This document shows positions 12,845-25,815 of a stretch of 64,000 nucleotides of DNA, piece by piece. Source of the DNA: Selaginella moellendorffii (taxonomy: Eukaryota > Plantae > Lycopodiophyta). The notes under the pieces are model-generated. The model ran no database searches. It was not told where the DNA came from and worked only from the letters and a program-made list of their open reading frames with translations. The number at the start of each line of letters is the position of its first letter. Position 1 is the stretch's first letter. Where the stretch lies: positions 94,886 to 158,885 of the forward strand of contig NW_003314322.1 of the NCBI RefSeq assembly GCF_000143415.4, written 5' to 3'. Made by a program: the position numbers and the translations under genes.

Positions 12845-13555
12845 GCTTGCTGATTTTCTTGACGCTGCCAAGAGCTCTTGCTTTGCTGCACAGCACCTGT
12901 TTTTGGATCTTGCCAGTCGCAGTTTTGTCCAAGGCCACGAGAATGACGACACTCTTTGGCACCATGAACTTTGGCAAATGCTGTCAACTGAACGAGAGTA
13001 TCTCCTCCTTGTTGCTTCTCACGCCATGCTTGAGGGAAACAAACACACATGGAGACTCGCCCCACTGCTCATCTGGCCGCACCACCACAGCAGCTTCCAA
13101 CACTGCTGGATGCCTGAAAGAAAAAGAAGCAAACTTTAATGAGAAACAAAGAAGAAAAAACTCTCCTTTTACCTGTACAAGATGCTCTCCACTTCCAGGC
13201 TGCTAATGTCCTCCCCTCCAGAAATGATAATATTCTCGATCCTTGATCTTGATGTATCCATCGGGATGCCAAACTGCAAAGTCCCCGGAGTGGAACCATC
13301 CTTCTCTAAAGCTCTCCAGCATTGCCTCTGGATTGTTCAAGTACCCCTTGAACACCATGTTCCCATGCATGCAAACTTCACCAATGGTGACACCATCCTT
13401 GGCAACCGGTTCCAGAGTTTCAGAGTTGAGCACCTGTAAGCTGTCGAGGCAAACATATTTCACGCACTGCCGAGCCTTGAGCCTGGCCTGCTCATCGGGC
13501 AAAAGGCTGTCCCATTCGGGATTCCACTCGCACACAGTGCATGGACCACAGTGCA
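12845..13555 (-). pseudogene. Acyl-activating enzyme (AAE clade I, AMP-binding) C-terminal fragment
   Basis: GEVCMHGNMVFKGYLNNP, GWFHSGD..VWHPDGYIKIKDR, PKFMVPKSV, KTATGKIQK. Confidence 0.92.
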
Positions 13556-14371
13556 TGAAAGAGTGGGAAGAGGCTAGCTGCCTATTTTTCTTTCTATGCA
13601 CTTTATGGTTATGTCCATAATTTTGAGTAGGTGGTATCTGTGGCTATATATATTTGAATGTGGAGTCATGCTAGAGAAATGCGAAACAACATGATGACTT
13701 GAGTTCCAACCCAGGCCCAGTGCATCTGGCATATCTCTTTTTATTGACCCACCACAATGATGAGCATCTCTTATGCTAAGAAGAAAATGTAAGCTTTTAG
13801 GTAATAGCTTATAGTGCCACAACTTCGTCTGTCTGTACCAACTGTCAGCATTGCAAACTTTGTGGAGTCATGTAGAAGCCGAGACTCTGTAGGTTCTGTT
13901 GAAGGTGTTGTAGTGAGCATCAATGATATAGGCTACAACAGTGGTCAACTCACAATAATAGATAACATCAACGAGTCTGATATGATAATAGTAAGTTCAA
14001 TACAGCATGTGGATTCTTCACAATAATTTATATGATGACAGCTCAAATTCCATGGCAACATGATAGAATTATTCAAAGAGTTGATGAATGAATTCTTTTC
14101 TGGAACTCCACCAACAAAATGTTTCATTAATTTACAAGGAGACAGTTATTTCAAGAGAGCAAATGTCACAAGCATAAGCATTGTTTCATGTATAATAGAT
14201 GATGCCAAAATAATTCCTTGACACTGTTTTTCGGAATATTGCAAGGGAATGCACAGGGGTAAGTGCGAAAGGAAATGAAACAAGCCCATATTAAATACAT
14301 GTTTTGCAGATACCTGGATACTTTGCCCAGAAAAAGAGAATTGATTTGGGAAGTGCACATGATTCAAAGGT

Positions 14372-14373
<2 letters not shown>

Positions 14374-14406
<33 letters not shown>
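14374..14406. repeat. (GA)n microsatellite
   Basis: Pure dinucleotide run, ~200 bp inside a Helitron family-A 5' end. Confidence 0.95.
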
Positions 14407-14409
<3 letters not shown>

Positions 14410-14439
14410 TTTCCTGCTACCAATGCTCCATCGCTTTCC

Positions 14440-14618
14440 TCCCCACCCTAAAAGGCATTTGAAATTTTTTATGATCCAAAAAGTCATGACTCTCCATTAT
14501 TTAATCTCAACCATTAGATTTTAGCATATGCCCAGAATAAGCATCCCCAGTATATGCTATTATTATACTGGCTCTTTTGTTTAAATATATGAGTATGATG
14601 ATGAGTATGATGATATGA
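14440..14618 (-). mobile_element. Helitron family-A 5' terminus (TC start retained)
   Basis: Minus strand reads ...a-TCATCATACTCATATATTTAAACAAAAGAGCC...; no upstream CTAG. Confidence 0.7.
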
Positions 14619-15386
14619 TTTGGCATCTGTTTTGGCAAGGATTTGTGAACTTAAGTTTCTTTCTGCTGTTTGGTTGGAGCAATGTTCACATCAACTGCAA
14701 GGGCTAACAAGACTAGCAAAAAATATCCTGCAGAGAAGTGCCAAGAAGTATCATACTCTAAATGCTATACTCTAAATGCTGAGAGTGAAATCGTTCAGAC
14801 TAACTTGAACGACCATTTCAGCATGTGTGTCTTTCACTGTGAAATAACTAGGGTGTTTCTATTGTTCCTTAACATGCATCTAGCAGTCTTAAGCTTGCAT
14901 TTGTGTTTGTTATTAATTACCTTGGAATGAATTGCTCAGATCTCAATCTAGAACTTTAAGTTCTTGTTCTTGCTATTGGAGGTAGAAACAGGTTGTCCTA
15001 TGGAGAGAGATCCTACCTTGAGGAAGCTTGCTTTTAGGCAAATGCCTGCAAATAAAGACTATTGCAAGAATGGTTGCCTTCCAACTGTGGCAGCTCAAGG
15101 GCAATCCCTCCATAGACTGCAAGCCATGGAGCAGTGGCAACATACATTCACTAAAGAGGCTTGTGATTAAGCTGTGGCTGGCTACACTAGCATTGGAAGG
15201 GTCCAAAAACCAAAGAGATCCCAGGAGGAGATTTCTTCCTTGCTGTATGCGAGGCATTTCATGTACCTGCAAAGTTCAGAAGCTCACTCATTATGAGTGG
15301 CTGAAGAACACCTACACTCCATGCTGCAGCACAACCTGGCTTGCTGAATAATGATATCTTGAGAATTTAAAGCACTAAAATAATAA

Positions 15387-18292
15387 AATAATAATACTTC
15401 CATCCTCATTCACTGGAGGCCCATGACAGATGAATCAGAACTACCAGGATCCCATGAGTCTTATGAGGAAGTATGTGAAACCTGATTTGTTCATAACATT
15501 CACTTGCAATCCTAAATGGAAAGAGATCACTGAAAACCTTCTACCTGGACAAAAAACTGCAGACAGAACTGACTTGGTTGCATATGTGTTCCACATAAAA
15601 TAACAAGAACTCATAAATGACATTTACAAACAAGAAATATTTGGCCAAGTCAATGCTTATGTCTATGTGATTGAATTCCAAAAACAAGGACTGCCACACT
15701 GTCATATATTGGTGATCCATGGTAAAGATAATAAAATCAAAACTGTCGATGACATAGACAATATAGTTACTATTGAAATACCAGATGCCAAACTAAACCT
15801 AGAATTGTATGAAATGGTTAAAAACCACATGATACACAGCCCTTGTAGGCCTGAATTTCCAAACAGCCCATGCAGGAGGATGGTGAATGTAAGTCAAACT
15901 ACCCAAGAGATTACTGTGAAGAAACACAGAATGTCGGTGGTCAGTGTAGAAGGCGCCAAGAAGGACATACCATCCTAATAAAGAACAAACCCATCCACAA
16001 CAGGTTTGTTGTGCTGTACAACAGAGCACACATAAATGTTAAGGTGTGTTCCACTATGAAAAGTGTCAAGTATATATTCAAATACATATACAAGGGACAT
16101 GATTGTGTGGAGGTACGCCTTCAAAGGGATGAGAACTCAACACCTGAACAAGTACTAGACTAGGACAAAATAGAGGCTTTCAAAAACTGCCACAATATCT
16201 CTGCATCAGAAGGAATATGGAGGATCTATGGATATGAATTGCATGGAAGATCACATTCTATTGAGAGACTAGACATCTACCTGGAAAACCTTCAAAGTAT
16301 TTATTTCAATGAGGGCAAGGAAGAGATCATATTACAAAGAGGCTGTCAAACCAAATTGACAAAATGGTTGAACTAAACAAGACTGATGAATTTGTAAGGA
16401 CACTCTTGTACCACGAGATTCCTGAGTGGTATACATGGAACTCAAAAAACAGAATATGGACACCACGCCAACATGCATTCAAAGTGGTTGGTAGAATGGA
16501 CTATGTATCACCACATGACTCTGAACGTTTCTACCTATGTATGTTCTTGCTTTACAAAAAAGGTGCTATGAGTTATAGTGATTTAAAGGTACTAAACAGT
16601 GTTGCATATGACACATACTGTTCTTCTGCATAAGAAATGGGACTTTTACAGGGTGGGAAAAACGCTTAGAAGAGTCGTTGACATTTCAGATGCCTGCAAA
16701 AGTAAGGTATCTATTCAGTAACATATGTTTGTGTTTGCAAGCTCCTTGATCCCAGAAAACTATGGGATAAATTCAAGGAAGGCATGTGTGAAGACTTGGT
16801 ACAAATTCACAACAACTATGAAACAGCAGTGCAACTTGGATTGCATAAAATGTCGATATTACTCCAGGAATATGGCAAGAAACTTTCTGACTATGTGTTA
16901 CTAGATCCAGATTTTATAAGGGATAACGGAACAACAACCAAAACAAGCTCATGCATGCCTGATGGAGCTGAATTATTTAAAACCAGACTGAACATGGAAC
17001 AGCTTCACATATTTAACAACGTCTTGAACACAATACAAAACAAAAAAGAAACAAATAGGACATGAAAGTCTTAGCAGTCACATAGACAGAAATAGCGAGT
17101 ACTCTTCTTATAGGAGGCCGAATGGCTCATTCAACATTTAAGCTACTGGTACCAATCACAGAAACATCACCTCAGATCTGTGAGAAAACTCAGCACTTGC
17201 TGAGGTCATAAGGAGAGCTGAACTGCTCATATGGGGCAAGATAAGCATGGTACCATTCACACTTTTAAAGCTGTCGAGAGGGTCTTGCATGACATAAAAA
17301 ACTATGATACAGACTTTGGTGCCATCATGTTAGTAACAGGAGGAGAGTTCTTACAGATGTTACTTGTTCTAAATGAACCTGTCACACACAAATTGTCCAA
17401 AACAGCGTGAAATCCTCACCAATATGGTGGAGACTTGTAAAGTTCTCATTACACACAAACATGAGGGTGAACTCTGAAGAAAAGGAATGGCCTAGATGGC
17501 TTGCGAGCCTTGGAAATGCTAACCTACCTAGCCTCCAAGGATTCAACCAGGATGTTATAAAATTACCTCTAACATCCACCACCAGAGAACAAATGATAGA
17601 AAAAACACATACAACCAAATGATCCAAACCTATTGCAGAAAGCTATTCTAATGACTTTAAATGATCTCTCTCTTCAAGTGAATGACCAAGTCCTTTTGAG
17701 AATGATTGGCAGAACAATAACATACAGAAGCATTGGCATTGTAGAAACAGATTTGGATGAAGAGATGTTGGACTATCCTATAGAATTTTTAAACTCAATA
17801 ACACCATCTGGAATGCCTCCACACAAGCTACATATAAAAATTGGATGTATTGTAATGTTGTTGTGCAACATCAACACTAAAAAAGGCCTCTATAAGGGCA
17901 CTAAACTAATTATAACCAAGGCGCTACCAAATGTTATAGAAGCTGAAACTCGACATAATGGTATGCAAGGAAAGAAAGTCCTTCTACCAAGAATCTCTTT
18001 AAAACTGACTGATGGAGACATGTCATTTATCCTCAAATGACAAAAATTCCCAATAAGGCTTGCATTCTCCATAACAATTTGCAAATCTTAAGGACAAACA
18101 TTACAAAATGTGGGTCTCTACTTGCAAAGGCCAGTTTTTGGCCATGGTCAGCTTTATGCTGTGCTTTCAAGGGGAACATCAAAGAAACAAATTACAACGT
18201 CCATCCAACAATGTGAGGGACAAGATGTGCTCCAGAACCATAATGTCTATATGAAAAACATTGTGTACAAAGGATTCATGTCACCAATGTAA
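15387..18292 (+). pseudogene. Helitron RepHel (HUH Rep + PIF1 helicase), decayed
   Basis: [69 protein letters not shown]; many stops. Confidence 0.95.
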
Positions 18293-18309
18293 CAGATTTC
18301 CTATCTATT

Positions 18310-18334
18310 CCAGCAGAGCTGGATTCCTTGCTAG
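18310..18334 (+). mobile_element. Helitron 3' terminus
   Basis: ccagc-aga-gctgg hairpin, attccttg, CTAG|t, 42 nt after the helicase stop. Confidence 0.92.
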
Positions 18335-18557
18335 TACCTTCTATTGCTGGCAAACCAGGGAGAAAGGAAGCACATTGCCTAGTTAAGGATGCCCAAAAAT
18401 ACAACTACTTATTAGAAAATCGCTAGAGAAATTTGATACAGTATGGTGATGTTGTCCTGACATAGTTTGTCATATATAAAGTTTTCTAAAAAACTTTAAG
18501 TGGACTTTTTGAAGTTCATTGAAGATATAGACGGCCGCATCTTTGATACCCTAGCAA

Positions 18558-19791
18558 ATGGAGAGAAGAATGAGTAAATTTCAGAAGTTTATCTTGCAAC
18601 CAGACAACCAGTTCTGTGCAGATTGCGGCTTGCAGGGTCCCCAATGGGTGTAAGTCATTTTCCTTTCCATCTTGTTGCACCTTCTGTTGGTTCTCCAGCT
18701 CTACAAACACTGGAGTTATAATCTGTGACAAATGCTATGCTATTCATCGAAGCATGGGAGCTTCTGTATCAAAGGTAAATGTATATAACTCTCTCTTCCC
18801 AATTTGATGTCCTTCTTCAACAGCTTATGTCATTAAATTCCAACGACTGGACAGACGAAGACGTTGAGCTTATGCTGTTTATTGGTGGCAATGCAGCTGC
18901 AAATGCTGCATATGAGGCCTTTGTTCCTAAAACTTGCAAAAGACCCATGCCGGATTCATCAAATCAAGAGCGAGCAAAATTCATAAGGTTCAGGAGATGC
19001 AAAACCGTTTTCTATATTTATTTTTTAAACAATCAATGTTTTCTCAGAAGCAAGTATGAAAGACAAGAATTTGTAAAGCCATCTATGCGTTTGGCCTCCT
19101 CTTCTCGAGAATTGACATTATTTTCAAAGCAAGAAGATTCTTCTGCTCTGGTTTGTTCAATGCTTCAATTCTAGAGGCAAATTAACTGCAAGGGCTGCAG
19201 GGATTTGTTGGATTGATTCGAGTGCATGTAATAAAAGGCATAAACCTTACAGTGAGGGACTTCATGACCAGTGACCCTTATGTTGTTCTCACCCTAGGAA
19301 ACCAGGTATGTGTTTTGTTACATTGAGATCATGGTTTTTTACAGCAAGTTCACAGAAGGCACAAACATGCGTGGTAAGATCATCATTAAATCCTATCTGG
19401 GACGAAAAACACCTTTTATCAGTTCCTCATGCAACCTTCCCTTTGAAACTTGTAAGCAAAAAAAGCACCATTCTTGGTCGGAAGTAAAACTATTGATTTT
19501 CTTCAGCAGGTGTTTGATAGAGATACGTTCTCAGAAGATGATACGATGGGTGATGTCTCTGTCGACCTTCAGCCACTTTATGCTGCTGTGAAAGTGCAAG
19601 AAGCAATGGGTGACGAACTTGGTAATGTGCAGGTTGGAAAATGGGTGGCTACAAGGGACAATGATCTGTCATGTGATAGCATGATATTTCTTCAGAATGG
19701 TCGTTTGCTGCAAGATCTTAAGCTAAAGTTGAAAAACGTGGAATGTGGGGAGTTAGAGATACAGATTGAGTGGGTGCCTCCAATAGATTAG
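18558..19791 (+). CDS. ArfGAP + C2 domain protein (AGD11/12/13, ZAC-like), 7 exons, apparently intact
   Basis: Manual splicing at GT-AG gives an open frame: NQFCADCG..PQWVS.NTGVIICDKC..IHR, GGNAAAN..YE, SKYE.QEF, VRDFMTSDPYVVLTLG.Q, VFDRDTFSEDD, NVECGELEIQIEW. Confidence 0.88.
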
Positions 19792-19989
19792 GCTTGTAGA
19801 GAATATCTTTGAAGCATGGACGACCAGTCACCAAATAATGCTTAAGAAATTCAAACTTTGGGATTTTCCATTTTTCCTTTGTCACCAGCAAAACATAATC
19901 AAAGAATCATTAATACGCGCTAACGCCTTTCATGAAGACGCTGGCAACACGTTGAAAACAAAATCCAAAAGAACATACCGGTCTAGAGG

Positions 19990-20400
19990 TTCTTGGAGGT
20001 ATCCACAGCAGCAGAGGCTCTAATTGAGGCGATGAGATGAGGCAGATGCCTGATTTGTAAAGCAGTTCGTATACAACGGCTCACATTGATACATGATATG
20101 CAGATAATGTTACCACTGCAGCATTTTCCATTTCAGCGATCTTACCGTGCTCATCACACTTCAGATTATCCAGGAACAGAAGTTCCTGGATCGGCATCAC
20201 ACAAGTCAGTCACTTTCTTTAAATCCTTGTGAAACATGTTCACTATGCCCTTGAAGGCCTCCTCTCTGTTATTAACATCATTGTTGCTTGCTAGCTCTGT
20301 CAAGAGTGGTGGAAAGCCCAGTTCTGTTGCGTTGATGTTGTCCTGTGTTAGTAACCAGAAAAAGTACAACTTCTAAAAACAGAAAGGACTTTAAAGTATT
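19990..20400 (-). pseudogene. Fes1/HSPBP1-like Hsp70 nucleotide-exchange factor fragment
   Basis: LGFPPLLTELASNNDVNNREEAFKGI resembles the plant Fes1 armadillo region. Confidence 0.55.
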
Positions 20401-20954
20401 TCATCAGCAGTACCAGGTTTTTCTAATACTGCATTTAGTAGGGCCTCAAATGCGAGATCCTTACGAGCCCCAGGGTTAGGAAGACACCATCCAAGACTCT
20501 GGAAATAACGAGAGCGAAATGCTTTATAACTTTTTACACCTTAGAATCGAGTTGGTAAATTGTCTAGCATGGTTTTTTTTTTTTTTTTTTTGGTCATCTT
20601 GAGTTCTCTTCTCTCTTTTTTCACGCCTTTCACTCAGGCAAAGAAGTCGGTGCTGGCCATTGTCCACTGTGCCTGGTTTCTATAGTTGTTTTTTCTTAAT
20701 TTAGGAGGACTGTTCCTTTTTTGTCACTATTGCAGTTTGTCTTAGCACTGACTGTGATTTATTGCAGATGCCTCGTGAGGATGTTCCTGTGATTTTGGCT
20801 GCCTCGTGGGTGTGTGATCCTGATTCATGTGTTCTCCTGTTTGATGTTTACTTGTTTACATCATGCATGACCTTCATCATGGGGACTCCTGTTTTTGTTC
20901 CTGGAGCAGGCGGGATTTTGGGAGGAGGATGGTGATCGCTGCACAGTCGGCTGT

Positions 20955-21040
20955 AATCGAAAGCCACATCGTTTTGGGATTGAACCACAGCGCCTCTGAG
21001 CAAGAGTTCAAGCAGGCTCGCAAAGACCTTGGGCTCTAGG
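20955..21040 (+). pseudogene. J-domain (DnaJ) fragment
   Basis: HIVLGLNHSASEQEFKQARKDL*, J-domain helix I-II pattern; no HPD seen. Confidence 0.4.
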
Positions 21041-21839
21041 TGTGTGGGATCTTTGTCAGTTGCGTTTGCTGGTGTTCTGATCTCGTTCTTCCGTTTTGTT
21101 CTTTTTGGAGCGAGCAGTTTCTATGAGCCCTACACCATCTAGACAATCCAGATTCAGACCTAATTTCTCGTTTTTCCATGCTTTTTTGGCTAGCCATAAA
21201 GTGAAAAACGCCCATTTGCCCTCCCATTGTCCACGTGTCACCTACATCATCTTCTTCCTCAAAAACCCTAGCAATTCCAGCTGCAAGGTGTGAGAGATTT
21301 CAAAAGAAAGAGGTATTTGGACGTCAATTCTCATCTAAGGGACCATCTAAAACATTTTAACACCTTCTTGAAAGCCTGCTCATTTTTAGCAGCCAGTTCT
21401 GAATGATGGGGCAGGGAGCAAGAAATTTAAAATTAACAAACCCAAGATTGCATCACACGCTTTTCTCTTTAAGCTGTTTGTGAAAATAAGCTCTTCACCA
21501 GTGCGAACACCCTGCAAGCGTCCACCGTGTTCTCACACATTCCATGCAACCTTTCTCACAAACCTTCCCCATATACAAATCCATGAGTAGCAGGTATGAT
21601 TAGGGTTCGGTTGGAGAGCCATGGCGTCTTCTAATCCCCAGAATTTGCTGCCTAAAAAATCTTGCTGTTCGCAAAGTCTGGCCTTGACTGCTTGCATCTG
21701 GAACTTGTGAGATTTGGAAGCAAACAGCAGAACGATAGACATCTGAGACTGCTCATGAACGCTTGCTTCCATGCTTACTTCCAGAAAATTCAGGATCGAA
21801 ACCTGCCCAGCTTCGCAAACAGGTCCTTCTGAGTGCTTT

Positions 21840-22230
21840 CAACGAACAAGTTCTTCTCGTGTCCAGCCTTTTTGAGCTGAGAGTGAATTATCCGGCTCCT
21901 GTCCAACAAACGATCTTCTCTTTTGCCCCGTCAGTCCATCTGCGGCAAGGCTTTCATGCAGCAAACAAAAGCTCAAGCATGTGCATCCTCTTAAAAAGCT
22001 GATGATCATAGATGTCCACAAAACTATACTGGTCTCTGCCATCTTGTCAAGGACCTCCCATGCAAGCTCCATGCTCCCCACACCTTATGTAGAAATCAAT
22101 AAGAGAGTTGACGACTGCAACCTGTGACAAAAGCCCAAGTTAAGAGTCTATTGCAGAACCTTTTATCAGAGAACCATTTTGACACTAGTCTTGCACTGCC
22201 ATTGCTATTTCTAGAGTTTGAAGAGCTGCA
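21840..22230 (-). pseudogene. PLS-class PPR gene fragment
   Basis: VVNSLIDFYIRCGSMELAWEVLDKM..TSIVLWTSMI. Confidence 0.8.
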
Positions 22231-23443
22231 TGTAACAAAAACATAAGCTGGAGAATCCAATATTCTCAACATAAAAATTCATTCAAGAATGACACTAGAT
22301 TGAGGGTATGGAGGATCTCCGGGGGACTTGGTAGCTGCTTCTTGTGGTGTCAATGTGGCTCCAAACTACAACCAGAAGCAGGTGAACACCATTGTGGTTG
22401 CTAAAGATATCAGTACCTTTTGTGGGATCTTTGCCAGATCCGTGCCCTTTGTGCTCCTTGGGGACTCATCTTGCTGGGTAACAAGCAAATAAAACACATT
22501 AAGTGCTTACCCCAAGAACACCACCATCATGTTTAAGACAATTTCTACATTCTATAGATATATTTCACTAGCAAATCTAAACACTTTTTATAAGTAGCTA
22601 ATGAAACCGAAAGGGACCAACACATAGGGTATGATAGTGAGAGTGTCTTGGCAAACATGGTATACTATCACCTAGCAAATATTGAGGGACCAAACTCAAT
22701 ATGGCAGGGGTTCTCAATACTAGCAAATGCAAGCCAACATATGAATTTTTCATCCCAAGCCGAGTATGCTCAAAGTACAGTTGTAAAGGTGTACCTTTGT
22801 CATGCTTAGAAAACTCCTCTGAACCTCTTTATTCTTGGGTAGGTAATCTATGTCATTTGTCTTTTTACACCTTTAAAGCCTCAAAAATAACAACTGCCAA
22901 GGCTGCAAAGGAGTGATTGTAAGTTAAAATCAATTCATAGATCTTGATTTACTGCTTAGCTGATGCCACTATGTTGAAGGGATAGAACTTGTGGAATTGC
23001 CAAACTCTTCCCTTGTATTTGTGATTTATTTTGTAGATGTCATGGCCTCTTTCAAAGCCATGTATTATATTACTTGCATGGTGCACATCTTAAAACATTC
23101 AAATACCCTACTTATTTATTTGTGGGATAGAACCTTTTGCAAGGCAATAGGTGTGGAATGTTAAATCTAGAATGACAATTTACCTATGTATATCACTTTG
23201 TTATGACCCCAATTGCACACATTTTCTTTGGCTCTCAAGCTTTGTATTGCCTCTTTCCATTCTCCTCTAACTTTTTCAGCTTTTGTTATCACCCTTATGC
23301 CATGTCTTTTAATCTAAGCTGTTGTTTTAAAGTTTTTAGTTATCAACCGTCAGATTTTTAAGTATATCCTTAATTAATAATCTAAAAATGGAATAAAAGA
23401 TGCCAGATGCCATATGCCAATAGCACTTTTAAATAAGGGAGTA

Positions 23444-25218
23444 CTAGCAAAAGTCCCAACTATGCTGGGAGCATTGTGTTTATTCCTGATGTTTTAGTAA
23501 TTTCAAAAAGTTGTAATTGTAATTGTAATTTTTAACATAATCATAATTATAACATACATAGTAAAATATAATATAATATTTATATTAAAATTCTCTTCTA
23601 TAATTGACTCTATCACCAAACATAATAAATATAACTCATAACATTATATCACATTTAACACTCTGATTGTTGAGTGAAGTTTTGGATTTTCTATAAATGG
23701 AATTGCTCATTGTGGGATCTCATGGCCAGATGAGTCATTTAGAGATTGAGATTTGGTTTTTTTTATTTAAAATCTCTATAAAATTGATAAAAAAAAAATT
23801 ATTACTTGATGATTCATTCAACTCTACAATTTTTACCCTTAATAATGTAAGTATTACTTAGTACACTAAAATATAATATTGTTAAAAAATATAGATTTAA
23901 AACTCACTTAAACTACTACATCTTGTAAATTTTAAAAATATGAACATTGTTATGGAGTTCAGTTTTTCATATTTTCAGACTGAAAGTTTTAGAATTGTAT
24001 GATACTAAGTAAAATATGGTACCTTTATGTGTTATATTTTATTTAAAGAACTTTTAATATTTTACATATTTATCTTAGAAATTCCCTTTTTGCCTAATAT
24101 TTTATTCATGATGTTTAATATTACCATTTAAAATAAGAAGTATTCTATTATATATCATAAACATTATTTATGTATATGTTTTTATATAGAGGTAATGCTA
24201 ATCTGAAATATGATTATTAATTCATGTATTTATATTTATAATTAAGGCTTTATAACAATGTTATGAAGGCTGAAATTTTAGAATGATATATGAATAGTAA
24301 GGTTTTACTCTATACTGGGGTAGAGTAGGGTTTGAGTATTTGTTGAACTTAACACTTCATTCTCTATTTTCTACAACATTGTGAATGCATTAGCATAGGG
24401 ATTTATCTCTTTTAATAATTTATCAAGATCAACCATTAGTTGCTCATTTCATTTATAATTGTGTTTATTTTTTCATTTTTATTTCTGTTACTCATGCAGT
24501 ATTTAAAATATATAATTGTGAATAAGCTGCATTTTTTTCATTATTTGGTTTGAAACTTCCAATATTAATTTAAATATTAAAATTAATAGTCTTTGGATAA
24601 AGCATGGAAGAAGATGTGATAGTTCAGTTGTTATTCTCCTGTCACAACAACAATTGAAAACACTTTCCATCATAAAACAAAGGGCCTTACAATGTATGCA
24701 TTTGTTTTCCATCTTACCAAGAATGTTACTCACATATACCATTTTCATTCTGTGACATTAAACCCATGGTTTGTTTTATTGTTTTGTTTTTTTTTTTTGT
24801 CTCCCTGCTCTACTAAAAATAGTTACAAGAACACAGGAAATCATATGACAGGAATTGCCAGTAGTAGACAGATATCACCAATTTCACCTATTCTACAGTC
24901 ATTTTTTTCTCTCACATAAGTTTTCAAACAAATCTCCACAGTAGTGCTAGAAGGTATTTATTCTTCTTTATTACAAGTAACATCTTCTACAACCACATCA
25001 CCTAATGACATCCACGTTTTTTTAATTTCTGTTGCGACCTAGTATCTAAATTTATATTTCCATTGTTCATAAGCTAGTGCAAGTTCTCTAGATTTCAGTA
25101 AAAGTAGAATAGCATAGATAGATGATAGATCTGTTGTAGATCGTTACAGCAAGATGTTTATTATCGGTAAGAGGTTTTTTCTTTGTATTCAAGAAAACGT
25201 AGCAATAGCACAATAGAA
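23444..25218 (-). mobile_element. Non-autonomous Helitron (3' CTAG 23444-23447) with RepHel N-terminal Zn-finger remnant
   Basis: Hairpin+CTAG; GKMENKCIHCKALCF..E...CCC at 24503-24748; collinear with 55359-58556. Confidence 0.8.
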
Positions 25219-25815
25219 CTAGCAAGGAATCCAGCTCCGCTGGAATAGATAGGACATCTGTTACATAGGTGGCATGAATCCTAAAGAATTAGTTTTTTGT
25301 TTTCATCATCCAGTAGTGATGATGTTTATTTTTCAAATCATTTGTCTGAAATTTATAATGTCATTTTAGTGTAGAGATTGATAGTTATACCTTGGAGATC
25401 ATCAATATCCACAAATACTTTTTATGACAATGGAACATTGTCTTTGTATATACCCTTTCTTTTATTGGTAACAAAAGTAATATAAGCAGATGGTCTTTCA
25501 TATCCCACTAGCGAGGAATCCAGCTCCGTTGGCCTGACCAAAATAAGTCTTTGAAAACACTTTACTAGGATAGAAAAGTTATAGCTAATAGTGCAACATA
25601 GAATAAATTAGTGTATATTGTATGCTTCTAGGATTTATCATGAGCATTTATAAAATCTATAAGAGTAATAATAATCACAAAGCCTTTTATAAGAGAAATC
25701 AAGTTTACAAATAATTAATTTTCTTTTAATTTTTTATTATTTAAAAATAAATGAAAATAAGATTAGTAGGGATTCCAGAAAAAAATAAAATCAAGGATCC
25801 CAGCTCTGATGGGAA
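25219..25815 (-). mobile_element. Three stacked Helitron 3' ends (CTAG 25219, CTAG 25508, decayed ~25791)
   Basis: Each has a ccagc-N3-gctgg-type hairpin; 25219-25285 matches the RepHel tail at 18270-18334. Confidence 0.8.
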
